Assembly: GCA_013265495.1 (NCBI GenBank)
Contig: MU058065.1
Coordinates: 4,505,003 to 4,569,002, forward strand
Direction: 5' to 3'
Source: Vicugna vicugna
Lineage: Eukaryota
DNA: 64,000 bases
The notes under the pieces were generated by a model. The model saw only the letters and a program-made list of their open reading frames with translations, did no database searches and was not told the DNA's origin. Both the position numbers and the translations under genes were made by a program. Below, in pieces: positions 1 through 13,174 of the stretch (positions are counted from its first letter, which is position 1; each line of letters begins with the position of its first letter).

Positions 1-1539
1 AACCAATTTCACTTATTCTTAAACTTCAGGGTGTCTTCACGTTTATGTATTTTCCAATTTATTTTCTTAGAGATGTGGGAACTAATCAAATTTTATTTTG
101 TAACCCGTATAACTGTATCAAAATTAGTATGCCCTTTCTTCAGAACCAACAATATTTTCTTGTTTACTGCATGCTATCTGTACTGGTATAGAAGATGCAG
201 TTAAGCAAGAGGCAGTGATCAACACCTGCTCTCTGATTCACCAAAATAATATGATTTTATTAGAAATTGTTATGTGATTTAGAAAATGGTAATAATTCAA
301 CTGGCCTTATAACAGTTAAAATGTAGTTGCTTTTCTTCTTTTTTCTTTTATGCATGTGCTGGGAAGTATTTCCTCCCACCAATGGTGAATTTGCTACCTT
401 TTGGCCACATAAACATTCAAAATTATAACACATTTATTGGCTTTATTAAGCATTGCCAGCTTTGATCCTGTAATCCTATTAAAAGACACTGAAAAACAGA
501 AAACTGCTCCTATAAATTTGAGGAAAAGTTTCAGTTGCGAAGTCCCAACTTCTTTTTACTAAAGTATAAAGCTAAAAAGGAAAATAATAGTTTCTACTGA
601 CTTGTAAAGATACACATGTGTTCATCAGTATGCCTTTTCTACTCAAGTGAATTGAAAGTGTCAGAAACCAAAGTCGTCCCTTTTCTTCTGAGACAAAACA
701 AGATACACATTCTGGCTGCCTCATCTGTGAGTCACTGTCATCTCTGGAGGCATCCATTTTAAGACTGTAATTCCAATGAGATGACTGTTTGAGCTTGGAT
801 GCTCTTTGTGATTGTGGCTTATTTTTTTGGTGCTCCAAAGTAACCATTTTGACAGGCATCCTGATTTATAGGAATACTTAATTAATTCTAATAGTGATTT
901 TGCTCTTAGTAGCTTTAATTTTCGTATTTTAGCAACATTTCATCCACATCCTAGGGACTCAGAAGTAAAGGGAAATGCCAGTGTCCTGTCCACTGTGAAT
1001 GCCCAACTAGCAGAAAGGATACCTGTGTAGTTAAACGGCCAAGAAAGAAGATCTCAATGGCTGTGAAAAAATCTTTATTTCCTTTTCCTCTTTTGTGGCA
1101 CAGAAGGAGGAATCCTATTTTTCTTTTAGGGAAAACTGAGTAGAGAAAACCATGCAGTAGGCAGAGAACATTTACATGTGTTATTCCCTTTGGTATTTCT
1201 CTTTGGGAAATCTACCTCATTCTTTCTATGAAGGAAGGGTAGTTGGTAATTTATAGAGATCCCAGGTTAATTCCATATAAGGATGATAGATTTTTCTTGT
1301 CACTATCAAAGTCATCATTGTTTTTTCATAAATTTCTGTCAGTCCAGTTGTGGTTGAAGGACTTTTTCTTCCTAACTTCCTTTTATTCAGAGATTTTAAT
1401 ACGTCAACTTTAGAATCAACAGTTGCTTAATCCTATTGGAAAGAAAGCGGGAAATATTACTCATACATTTGATTAGGTTAAAAGAACCAGCACGCTGCCT
1501 GGTTCTGTACCACCATTGAGCTAAAAATATTTTTAAAAT

Positions 1540-1785
1540 GTTAATTAAAAAAAATCCAAAGAAGAGCAATATTTTATGACCCATGAAAATAATATGAAAT
1601 TCAAATATGTGTCCACAAATATAGTTTTATTGGAACACAGCCACGCCCATTTGTTTATGTAGTGTAGATTCCTGATTTCCACGACAGCAGTGGAGTTGAT
1701 TAATTATGACAGAGATCCTGTGATAGGCATAGCCTAAAATATTTACTTTCTGGTGTTTTTACAAAAGAAACGTCACTGACCATTG
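1540..1785. mobile_element. hAT-Charlie DNA transposon fossil, MER58-like
   Basis: Contains 'gttttattggaacacagccacgcccatttgtttatgt...gacagaga...agcctaaaatatttact', matching the recalled MER58 consensus. Confidence 0.8.
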
Positions 1786-4700
1786 AATTATAAGGAAGTG
1801 GAAAAAAGAAAGAAAGATTTGGTTAAGGTATGTTTTTAAACATTAGTACTTCTTAAAAGAGGACGAGTGACTTGGAAATGCAACTTATAATCTTCTCTAA
1901 TCAAGTAAGAATTTGTCGATTGTCTCAGTCCAGGCACTTATTTTATAGATGATTTTATCAAAGAAAATTGAGGACTAGAGATTTAAAAATATTTCTGGGA
2001 ATGAGCAACTCTAAAAAGAATTAAGAATTATGACACTTTAGTCCCTTATATTTCCTCAAATGTTACATCAACTGTTTTATATCCCTGTAATAAAGTGTTA
2101 TATAAAAATGTCAGGTGTTTTTATGTACTCTGCTCCTAGTAGTTCACGGAAGACTTGGCATCAACATTAGAGTTACAAGAAATAATCCTGGTTAGCTTTC
2201 CCAGGCAGACTCCCTCTGAAAACTCTGTGGTCCTAGGAAGGCATAGTAATCGTGGGGTCACCCTCCACTACCCAGAGCTCTGTTTCTTTCCATCTTTCTC
2301 CAGCACATCACATAATCTAAGAACAACCAAATAATTTTGGTAAAACAAAACAAAACAAAACAACAACCCAATCAGTTGAATTAAGCTCTTTGTGAGCACG
2401 GTTGTTTCCTGATATTCAGACCAACCCCGCCTTTCTTGCCCTTGGAAACATTAATTATTCATTTCTGTAAGTTGTGAGCATCCCCATCCCCAGGCATCTC
2501 CTTGCTCCTTGGTTGTTTATGCTTTTCAAGTATTATCGTGTCATCACCTTAGTCATCCCTCTGGCAAGCTGTACTTACAGAGAGATGGTCTGGTGCATCA
2601 TCAATCTTGCCACATCAGTCTTGTCTTCCAATACCTTTATCACTCTCTGAGCTTGTCTCTGATCTCCCTCCAACTCATCTACTGCCTTCTTTCCACAGCT
2701 GTGATGCCCCAACTTGACTGTGGGATTCTAGGTGTGATTTCACCGACCCACAATTCAATGCCGTCTCCAAGTCATAATTCAAGACGGAACTAGCCCTCCT
2801 CTCCTCACTCGGTGGCACAACGTAAAATGCAAACCTGTGAATCACCGCCATGTCTCTTCTGTGTCCTTGGAGATCTTCACACACAGCCAGTGTTCCAACC
2901 ATCTCGGAAGAGTTTGAAAGGACCTTGAAAAAGTATTTACTTTTTCCTATAGGCAAATTTAAAAATTAAAAAAAAAACCCTCAATTTATTAACCTTATCC
3001 TGCAAGATCTAAACCAACATGGAACTTCTTATTTTTTTATTCTCAATAGGTCTTGTGGATAGCAAGTCTTTCTCTAACACCAGTCTTTCCTGCTGACTTT
3101 TCTTTTTTCTTCAGTCTTTACTTTGAATAATTTGATCTCTATTTTATAGTCTTTAAATGCAATATAATTAAAATATATATGGGACAATCTGGATCCTTAC
3201 AGACATGTATAATCCTGAGAGACATCTTATGTCTTTCTCTTACATGAGAAAGTGCCTGGAGAGCTATATGCAGTGGAACAAGACCCTACAATCATTTCTG
3301 AGCTTCCAAGAGGAGAAGCGCATTAGTCTAATGAAGGGAGTGGAAAAAAATATCCCTCCACATACTAATTTGAGCAGCAAAATGATCTGGAGAAGTTGGA
3401 GATCCTGATAAATGGGGCCAAGTAATTGACAGAGTGTTATAATTAGAGCAAGGTATCTGTCAGTTAATTATCTTTTCCTCAATAAATAATTACAATTTTA
3501 CATGTTCCCATAGCTTATAATTTCTAGCTGTGATTGTCTTCTGCATTCTCATCTACCTAAGCTTTGAAGACCAGACAGCAGTTGATTTAAAGAGAAAATC
3601 CCCTAGTTATCCTCTCTGAAAAACAAATGCAAGGTAAAGAATATTTGGCTGGGTAGGGTATGAATTTGGCAGTAGGAACCTATACTGGCAGAAAGGTGAT
3701 TTGCTATTTCAGATTTCCTTTGTATATGGTTCAGACAAAGCATCCAATCTTGGGAATTCATTTGCTCACTTGTCCATGCATTCAAAAAACGTTTATAGGA
3801 TCCTTAATGCTACAATGGCTCAGGGATCTACAAAGATCTTTTAAGGAACTTGTGGTCTGGTGGAACTGACTTACACATAAACAAACAAACAAACAAAAAA
3901 CAAGGGGAGCAGCATGAATGAGAAAAGACACCTCCAGATCTTTAGAGCAGTGGTCCCTTTATTTCTAATTGGGTGCCCCTTCCAGGAAAAATGCTTTGAG
4001 CATAGACTCTCATTATATGCACATCATTTATAAATTATATATGTCCTAGTGTTAATCTATTAGATATGTATAAAATGTATTTAATTTTTTAGATTAAATA
4101 GAAGTAGAAATTCTGATTTTTTCAATAACCAATAAATTTTTACGTATTTCCATACATTTTGTAGAATTGTGGCTTCCAAAAGCTAGATAGTGAATATTCC
4201 AGTATGGCTCAAGTTCAAAAGGTTTGGGTAGCAGGGACCAGAGATGACGCAGGAAAGTTAGGCAGAGGTTATTAGACAATACTGAGAGGAACCCTGTTGT
4301 TCAGTGTTTTCCAAAGGGTGTTCTATTGAATATTAGAAGAGATCTCTTGGAATTAAAAAAAAATTTCTGCTGTCAAATAGGTATGGAAATTGCAGGCTTA
4401 AAGTACAAAATTTCATTATTATGGGGCTAATATTCTGTGATGATCTCATGAATGCGTATTTTCTGTCTTACTAAGCCCTGGAGTTGAAAGATCATATTTT
4501 CTATTTTATTTTTCTTCAGGAGTTAAAAACCACTGTAGGTTCATAAAACTTGGCACAGTGTTTGAAACTGAATTCTGTCATTTAGAGATGGGAACGATGT
4601 GACTCCATCAGACTTTTATTCAAGAGACTTTTCTTTTGTCTTATATGACTCTCACTTTTCTCTGCTAACCATTAGTTAATGAATTACTCAATATTTGTGT

Positions 4701-5629
4701 TTGGACTTAGTCATCTAAAAACACATTTGCGGGCCAGCTAGCTGTGGAGGAAAGCAAGTAACCATCCTTTCTTTGTCAGATGAGGGGCTTTCCAAGGACC
4801 TGAAATATTGGAAATTTCCACCAGCACATTAAATGTTGGGATTAAGTCCTTATATCTTCAGAAGATCACTCTTAAAATATGCTAATATATCATCAGCTGA
4901 GGAGCAAAATGTCTAGATATGAGAATGACTCTTTTAGTGCCTAAATCTATTCAGATTTTTGTTTTGAAGGGAAATATGTCTGAAATGTGACATACAAAGA
5001 TAGCATGGCAAACACAAGTCAACTTTATCCAATGACACAGAGTTGCAATCATTGTCATTAATCACTGCACTGTGATTGATGAAACCATGATACTGCTTGA
5101 GATTTCTTGCTGCATAAGGTTGCTTTTCACCCTATACTAACTGACCCCAAACTACCCCAAACTATGGCTTTCTAAGTATTTGCATCTGTTTTTTATAACT
5201 GTTCTTTCCTTTCTTTACTGCCAAGTATATGTTCGTCTTGTGACGAACAATTGTAAAAAACAGGCACAAATGTATAATTTTATTTGTAATAAAAATATAC
5301 ATGTTGTGTGTATGAGGGTGTGTCTGTGTGTTCACTGCCCACAATCTTATCTTTGGTTACCTTCAACCTCCCCCTTCTAATTAAGCTAGAGAAATCATGC
5401 TTATGAAAATTGGATATAAGTCATACCGGAGTGATGGTCTGAGAACACCTTGATGAAATAGCTTATTTTCTCTACTTGAGTTTCTCAAAGATTATTTCTG
5501 CTGTAGTCTTCATTATTTGCATTTATTGAGCACTTAAAAAGTAACAGGCATTTTCCACATACAGTTTTCCCTGTGACGTGTGCAAAAAGAATGCAAATTA
5601 GACATCATTAACTGTATTGTCACGTGAAT

Positions 5630-5831
5630 AGGGTTTTCAGATTTAGCAAAATAAAAATTGCAAAACTTCCATTTAATGTTAAATTTCACATAAATAAATA
5701 AATACTTATTTTTTTAGTATAAATATGTCCCCTAGGACATACTTGCATGGGGCATAATTACACCCAGAATTGTTTATTATTTATTAGAAAGTCATATGTT
5801 AATGGATGTCTAGTATTTTATCTGGCAACCT
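5630..5831. mobile_element. MER53-like palindromic hAT MITE, nested in a MIR (~5510-5950)
   Basis: Terminal inverted repeats agggttttcagat / atctggcaacct; centre 'tttttagtataaatatgtccc...gcatggggcata'. Confidence 0.8.
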
Positions 5832-6047
5832 TGCATGTTAAAACATGAAGTTCAGAGAGCTTGGGAATCTACCCAACTTTGCATAGCTAGAAAGCACTAG
5901 GGTTGTGATTTAGACCCAGGGCTTTTGACTTTAAGTCTGGGGCTCATGACTACTCTTTATATTATTGAAAATACTGGAAGTATTTCTTCTCCATAAATAG
6001 GACATCAATGCATGTGCGCTACAGGGCCCATATATCAAACCATTCAT

Positions 6048-6490
6048 ATCCTAGTTTCCTAGGACTGCTGTAACAAATTACCACAAACCAGGCAGCTCAA
6101 AACAACAAAACTTGATTGTCTCATGGTTTTGGAGACCAGAAGTCCAAAATCAAGATGTGGGCAGGGCCCTGCTCTCTCTGAAGGCTCTGGGGGAGGTTCC
6201 TTCCTTCTGCTTTCCTAGCTTCCGGTGGTTCCCGACAGCCTTGATTTTATTTGGCTGGTGGCAGCATCCTCCAGTTTCCCCCTCTCCTGTCCTTCCTCCT
6301 GTGTGTGATTTGTCCAAATTTCCCTCATCCCAAGTGGACACAGGTCACTGGACTAGGGACCACTCTAATCCAGTAGGACTTCATCTTGATTAAGTCTGCA
6401 AAGGCAATACTTCCAATGGTGTGGCATTCACAGGTTTTGGGGGTTAGGACTTACATGCATTTTTAGGGGGACACAATTCAACCCCAAATA
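6048..6490 (-). mobile_element. MaLR solo LTR (MLT1A-C-like)
   Basis: 'tagtttcctaggactgctgtaacaaattaccacaaacc...gaagtccaaaatcaagatg...ggggacacaattcaaccc'. Confidence 0.85.
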
Positions 6491-6699
6491 GCTAGTCATC
6501 ATTAACACAGAATGGAACATAAGAAAATATATTATCAATCTAGAAAATCTAGGTGACTAAACACCGGACCTGGAAGTGTGAATGAGGACGGTGGGCACTC
6601 AGAGCACTTAGGGCTTCTGATGGGATAAACACCGCATAGAGTTTTGGCCCTGGGCAGAATAATAAAGCTAGCTAATACACACTTACATAGTCTCACCAG

Positions 6700-6880
6700 A
6701 GCCAGACCTGTACTTATAATAGTGCCAGGAGGTAGGTGCTAGAATTTCAACGCCATTTGACAGGTGAGGAAATGGACAGAAAATGCTGAGTAATTTGCTC
6801 AAAGACATGAAGCTGATATGGGATACAACTGAGATTGAAGCCGAGGCAATCTGACGCTGGAATCCACACTCTACACTCAT
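6700..6880 (-). mobile_element. MIR SINE
   Basis: MIR core-like 'ccatttgacaggtgaggaaatggac...gtaatttgctcaaagacat'. Confidence 0.65.
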
Positions 6881-7074
6881 TTAGGATCATTTGGGGGAAA
6901 AGAGGCAGTTTAGGCAGAAAGAGAGGCAATTTGAGGAAGGCAAATACTAATGAGAAATAATGACCACTCTAGCCTTCCTGCTGGTTGGATTTTGTCTTGT
7001 CTCCATGTTGCCTGTTGACATTGCTGGTGTGATGGGCGCAGAGCAGAAATCCTCAGACTCAGAAGGAGGCGTGA

Positions 7075-7228
7075 CAGTCACCTGGAGGAGCTGTGGAAGC
7101 ACAAGTCTCCCCCCTTCACCCCCGAGTTTCAGATTCTGTAGGTCCCGGGTGAGGCCCAGGAATGTGCATTTCTTACCAACTTACACTACATGCTGAGGCT
7201 GCTGGTCGGGGACCACAGCTTGAGAACA
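7075..7228. mobile_element. MER5A-like hAT fossil
   Basis: 'cagattctgtaggtcccgggtgaggcccaggaatgtgcatttct...gctgctggtcggggaccacagcttgagaac'. Confidence 0.75.
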
Positions 7229-7439
7229 AACTAAGATAAAGAAAACTGAGGTAAAGTTAGAGCAGGAAATGGGTTTCAGGTTCAAAGGGGTGACAATAAT
7301 GATCTGGAAAATGTAACTGATTATTTTACAAGCTAATCTCAAACTGCTCTGTTTAAAATAATACTGTGACATTTTGAGTTTACATGTTACACGCATACAT
7401 AAACACACACACCCTCACACATTGTGCTCTTCCATGTTA

Positions 7440-7572
7440 CTTTTATTTAGGTTTTTTGGGAGGGGAGTAACTAGGTTTATTTATCATTTTTTTCAGAGGA
7501 GGTACTGGGGATTGAACCGGGGACCTCATGCTTGCTAAGCATGCGCTCTACCACTTGAACTATATCCTCCCT
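7440..7572 (-). mobile_element. tRNA-Ala-derived SINE (camelid Vic-1-like)
   Basis: Minus strand reads gggaggatatagttcaagtggtagagcgcatgcttagcaagcatgaggtccccggttcaatccccagtacctcc, with A/B boxes and an A-rich tail. Confidence 0.85.
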
Positions 7573-8349
7573 ACATTACACACTTAAAATCTATCATAAA
7601 GGTTCCTGGACTTATAACACCTGCAAAGCAGCACGAGATTTAGGTTTTTGAAACAGAGCACCTAGACTCTAATCCAGGCTTGTCCATAAATTAGTCGAGG
7701 ACTCCTTTTCTCCAAGTCAGACTCCCGCTCCTCCCGTCCCACAAAATAAAGGAATTGAGAGAGAAATAGTTAACTACACTGTGGCACCTAGCCATTAACT
7801 GTCATTTTTAAGAGAAATAATGATGTGGAAAATATGATCCCTAATATATTTTCTCCTATTGACTTTTTACATGAGCATAATTGTTGATTATAAAAATGCT
7901 AATGTCATCGGACCAGCTAAAAACATACACGACTCACAAAACACCACTCAGAGAGAAACATTATTAATATTTTGGATATTATTTCAAAAGGTGATATCTA
8001 TGTACAAATTTATCATGCCATAGACACTCAATATCCCATGACCACATTTGCATATTAAATTCATATGTATTTATGTCACTATTTTAAATTTTCTTATGGT
8101 ATCACATTGCACAGTTATCCCACAGTTTATTTAACCAATCCAGCATTGTTGGGAATCAAAACTATCTCTAATTTGGGGCTAATATGGTGATGGTCATAAG
8201 AAATATCTTAATACACACATTCTGATGTTCGTGACCATGCTAGCGGTGAAGTAGCTGATGAAAGAAAATTGTCGAGTAAAGTAATGCCACTTTTCAGTAC
8301 CTATAAAGGAAAAGGTCACCTCTGTGTATGCATTTATCCTTTGTGTGTG

Positions 8350-8926
8350 TAATGCAGAGAAAACCGCTGTAAAGGTGCGCCCTGACATGTAAATAGGCGT
8401 TATGTCTCGCTCTTTAGAGATGGATGGCTTCGAATCTACTATTTCGTGGTTTTCCGTGCTTCCCGCTTGGCTCGCATGTGGGAGTCGTGCAGATGCACCC
8501 AAAGAAGCAGCCTTGTCAGGCGACGCCACCTCTAAGTTGGAACCAGAAAAGAAAGAAGGTTACAGTGTGAGGAAAGAGAATTTCTTTTCTTTTCTTCGTT
8601 TTTTTCTTTTTCTAGACAGAAGGGGAAGAGTTTGGCTCAGAAAAGTTTTAACGCAGAACAGATGAAATCCATGCATTAATTTCCTCCTTTCGTGAAAGGA
8701 GGAAAGATAGTCAAGAAAATCAAAAAAGAAAGACAGTGCCAAGACCGGCAGGTACAACCTGCAAGGCAGGGGGTTTTGAGGGTGTAAAGGCTGCACTGAG
8801 CTGAATTTCCCTTTGTGAACCAAGGCACCGGGCTGCTCCAACATCCTTTAGCCGGAAGGCTGCAAGGAGCGAGCTGCTGGAAGCTAAGGCTTCAGGGAGA
8901 CTTTTCTGACAGGGAGCCTTCACACG

Positions 8927-8994
<68 letters not shown>

Positions 8995-9500
8995 GCCAGC
9001 AGGGGAAGTCTGGGTCCAGCAGACGAGTGCTGAGGAAAACGAGCCCGGCCAGTGTTGACATGGCAGAGGGGTCAGGACTCCACGCAGCAGCCGCTGCTGG
9101 GGTCCTGAGCGCCCAGATGCCGGCCTGAGTCCAGACTGATAGGAGGAGGTGGAAGGCTTCCAAACAGGCTCGGTCTGGGCATGCAGGAAACGTCAGAGGG
9201 AGCAGCCTTGGGGAGGAGCGGAGAGAGCTGCTCTGGATGGGAAGGGATCTTTTGAATAATTCCCTGGTACCTACGCCTGCCGATGTTAGTGCATCTGCAC
9301 AGGATCTGTGTGGGGTGGGAGGGAGGCAGAGGAGGAGAGGGGGGTGGGATGTGCGGCACAGAGAACTTGGGGTGCTTTCCAGAGCATCAGGAGGAAAACT
9401 CAGAGCCGCCGAGTGAGGAAAGGCTGGCTGAACTCTCCTGCTGAAAACAGGAAGCCGCCAGCCGCCACCCAGCCCTTTTTTCCGAGCTGACCCTTGTAGA
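8350..9500. promoter_or_regulatory. Candidate promoter / first-exon or enhancer region, host gene not identified
   Basis: Local rise in GC and CpG, no recognisable interspersed repeat, (GA)n(GACA)n tract, G-rich tract at ~9311-9348, ETS-like caggaag at ~9448. Confidence 0.4.
8929..8994. repeat. Compound microsatellite (GA)17(GACA)8
   Basis: Read directly. Confidence 0.97.
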
Positions 9501-11281
9501 CCTTGAGGCCCATCTCCAGGGAAGCTTCTGCCTGTGGAAGGACTGTGGGCCCGGCAGAGAGTGCAGGAAGGCCCTGTTCCCTACTGGATGAGGGGGAGGA
9601 GGACACACGAGGCCACCTTGGGACGTGTTTACAGGAGCAACAGGCGGTTAGTGAGCTATGGGCTTCCTGCAGTGAGGATGGGAACCCATGCGCTTGGCCT
9701 TTGCCACTTTTTTTTTTCCCCCCGGGAACATTAATAAGACCAAGAAAGGTACACAAATCCTGCAGAGATCAAAAAGTAGAGCATGGTCCCAAGGCGGTAG
9801 GAGTCCAGGCTGCACTCATCTCTGACTTGGCCAGTGAAGAGAAAAAGAATCTAGCTTATTAAGTTGATCACTTGACATACAAAGAAAACGTTTAAAATTA
9901 AAAGAAGATTATATAGGCAACTAACTCCTCGGGAAGGAGTTCAGGATTGGAAAAGTGGTGAAGGATCTGGAAAAAGAGAAGCTGACAACGTACCGTAGCC
10001 CTAACAGTTTCCTTATTGAAGGTCCCGTTGAACAGCTGTTCTGGGTTTCTTCTTGCTCAAGGCCTTTGCACAAGCTGTTCCTTGGCCAGAAAGTCCATCC
10101 CGACTTTGGCCTAATGCCCCAGCCTCCCCACCAGAGAGGCCTCCTTGACCATCCTTTGCAGGATGACAATCAGCACCCCAAGCCTTCCACCTCCATTCGC
10201 TCCTGGAGCCCCCATCGCAACACTCACCACGATGTCCCAAGTCATAATTAAACCACTTATGAGCCTGTTTAACTCTTTTCTGTCTCCTCCTCTAAGACAC
10301 GACCTCCACGAAGGTGGAACCGAGCCTGTCTTAGCTGTCGTATATCCCCAATAGAAGATTAGCACAAACTATTCATTGAATGGAAGGGTGAGTAAATAAA
10401 GGACAAAGAGCAAAATCTAGGAAAAATTCACAGATCTCAGAGAAGCATGGGCTGAGTGTTGGAGACAGGTTGGGGGTCTATCAGGTGGACTCTGGAAAAA
10501 TATCGGTCTATGAAGCCCAAGAATACTACAAAACTTGATTAAAAAAAAATCTTACCAGAAAATCCCAAATCAGTCAACAGTACTATGCGGAGGGAAAGGA
10601 TATTCTAGGGACCTGGTGTCCTCAGAAGAGTGTCCACTTTGACCTACCTCCCTGGAAATTCTTCAGAGCAAGAACTTGTCAAGAAGAGGAAGTAGCAGAG
10701 CACGAAGCATCTTGAAGCCCTTACTTTGTGCCGGGCACGGTTAAGCAGTTTCTATATGGGATCAATCCTTTCCCACAGGCAGATCTGTGCATTAGGGATT
10801 AGCGGTGCTCTTTTAGACTGGAGCTTACAGATGTCATCGGTTTGCTTAAGGGGAAACGATGTTCAAGGGCAGAGCAAGGATGCTAACCTAGATTTATTTC
10901 TGACTCCAGAGTGTACAGCTTTTTTTCTGGACACCAGCCTCCTTGTTAAAGATCTTCCAGTGTTGCTGCTGATTCTCTAGGGCTCCTGGGATTCTGGGAT
11001 GGCACAAATTGTTCTTAGAGCTCTAAATCTGCCTTAGGGCAGTGTGCGCACATACATGTTTGCAAAAACACATGTAAGCAAACACGTGTGTGTTCTTGTA
11101 TTTCTACGCAATGCTGGGTGGGTAAGTGTGACAATTGTTTGAATGACTTTGCTGTCTCAAGTATGTTACCTTCCTGTGAGAGAAAAGAGGCTGAATTTTA
11201 ACACCTATTGATGCAATAAGAAAATCAATAGTATATTTACCCAGCGTACAGTAGGTTATGGATCACGTATAAAAAGATGTG

Positions 11282-11490
11282 AGATTTGCAGATATTGACT
11301 GATATATATAAAATAGATAAACAAGTTTATATGGTGTAGCACAGGGAAATATACTCAGTATCTTGTAGTAGCCTATGGTGAAAAAGAATATGAAAATGAA
11401 AATATGAATATCCATGCATGACATTGTGCTGTACATCAGCAATTGACACAGCATCGTAAACTGAATATACCTCAATAATAATGAAAAAAG
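11282..11490 (+). mobile_element. 5'-truncated L1 3' end
   Basis: 'tatataaaatagataaacaag...tagcacagggaaatatactcagtatcttgtagtagcctatggtgaaaaagaatatgaaaatg'; homologous to ~31790-31985. Confidence 0.85.
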
Positions 11491-11506
11491 GACCCTAACT
11501 CCAGCA

Positions 11507-11676
11507 GGGGAGGGTGTAGCTCAAGTGGTAGAGCACATGCTTAGAATGCATGAGGTCCTGGGTTCAATCCCCAGTATCTCCTCTAAAAATAAACAAACCT
11601 ACTTACCTCCCTCCACCACCAGAATAAAATAATTAAGTAATACAATAACAAATAAATAAAATATTAAAAAAAAAAA
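11507..11676 (+). mobile_element. tRNA-Ala-derived SINE (Vic-1-like)
   Basis: ggggagggtgtagctcaagtggtagagcacatgcttagaatgcatgaggtcctgggttcaatccccagtatctcc followed by an A-rich tail. Confidence 0.9.
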
Positions 11677-11713
11677 GGATGTGCTCAGACTCATAGTAAC
11701 AAGATTGGTAGCT

Positions 11714-11852
11714 GGAGGGTGACATAGCCCAGTGGTAGAGTGGGTGCTTGGCACAAGCGAGGCCCCGGATTCCATCCCCAGCACCTCCATTAAAAAAAGT
11801 AATAGTAAGTAAATAAGCCTAATTACCTCCCCCCCAAAAAAATCTAAAAAAA
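11714..11852 (+). mobile_element. tRNA-Ala-derived SINE (Vic-1-like), more diverged copy
   Basis: 'catagcccagtggtagagtgggtgcttggcacaagcgaggccccggattccatccccagcacctcc', then 'cctaattacctccccccc' and poly(A). Confidence 0.85.
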
Positions 11853-13174
11853 GCTCAGTAGCTGAATGTCTTCCCATTTAATTAACCTGGCAGCTTAACA
11901 GAATAAAACGATTTCCATAACATTTTTTTTTTCAGAATTGTTTGGATTTGACTGCTGCCACTGTCCTGGGTTTTCTGTGGGTAGATTATCTTAGTTTGGG
12001 TTTCAAGTTCATTCAAGTGGCTTTTAAGTTTATTAATGATGCCCACTATGCACAGAGGGCTCTGCTGACATCACAGCTCTTTCTGTTTACTTTATTGCCA
12101 AGATGTCCCTGGAAACTCAAACACTGGGCTTGTTCACCTAATCCAGGAAGGCTGGGGGCATGGTCGACCCTTGCGGCAGTCTGAGGGGGATCTGTTGGTT
12201 CATAACGTGGAGGAGTTTCCGCACTGGACTTGAGGAGGGCAAGATGGGGAAACTAGACAGCTCCCAGTCTATTTTTCCCTCTTTTTTTTTTTTGACAGGT
12301 GTGGCCTTGTTTTATTACTTTAAGTGATTAAAGCGTGGCAGATGTGTCTTCATTCACATGCAAGAGCATAATTAAAAGTCAGACGTAAATTGTCAATGCA
12401 TTATTTGTCTTTTTGGATTATTCATGTCTCTACTTATCTTCAGCAAAGAAAATAATTGTGCTTGGACTCAATTAATAGCATGGTACATAAAGGGTCGCCT
12501 GACCATCTGTCATAAATGCCTCATAGACAGATCATACCATGCCCTGTCCTGGTTTTGACCAATGCTTAGGGCTGGAGCAGCCCACACTGAGTGGTGAGGT
12601 CCTGGGGCTTGAGGGGTGAAGAACGGTCTTGTCATTTCAAAGGAAACTTCAAGCTGATCATCCCATCAGCGAGGGTTTTGGTTCCCCAGGGACAGTCATG
12701 CCTCAGCTGCCTCCGGATTGAAGGCCACAGAGCCACGGGGAGAAGGGGATGACTGACCGAGTCTGCGCTCACCCACATTTGCAGCAGCCCGCCTCCGGCG
12801 GCCTCCCAGCCTTGGCTGCAGACTCAGGGTGTTTAATTATTTACACAGTAATGGATGGACCAGGAGTTGTCTGCCCTTCAAACAGCTCACCGAGGGGAGC
12901 AACTGTGTCTCCTTGTTCATTTGTGGGTTTTTTTCCTGTGAGGAGGAAGGCATTTCATTCAATTTTACTGCAGACAGAAAGGTGGAGAAACTGCTGCATT
13001 AGCACAACTCCCAAATGGCTTCCATTTTAAATGAAGAAAAAAAAATACGCTGACTTCTGGCTTCCTTAAGCTTCCCACAAGTTTCCTGTGTGCAGGGACC
13101 ATTGAAGAGACCCAGGTCAAAATGGATGCTTTTCTAGGTAACATGGGGAGTCCCTCCTTTTTTCTGAAAGCAGG

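Noticed and set aside
8720..9163. 147-aa minus-strand ORF in the GC-rich block
   Set aside because: Runs through the GA/GACA microsatellite and has no recognisable protein similarity; openness is expected in GC-rich sequence
11507..11582. Apparent tRNA-Ala gene (also at 7497-7572 and 11714-11790)
   Set aside because: Stems and anticodon are mutated, each copy has a SINE body and A-rich tail, and there are several dispersed copies; these are SINEs
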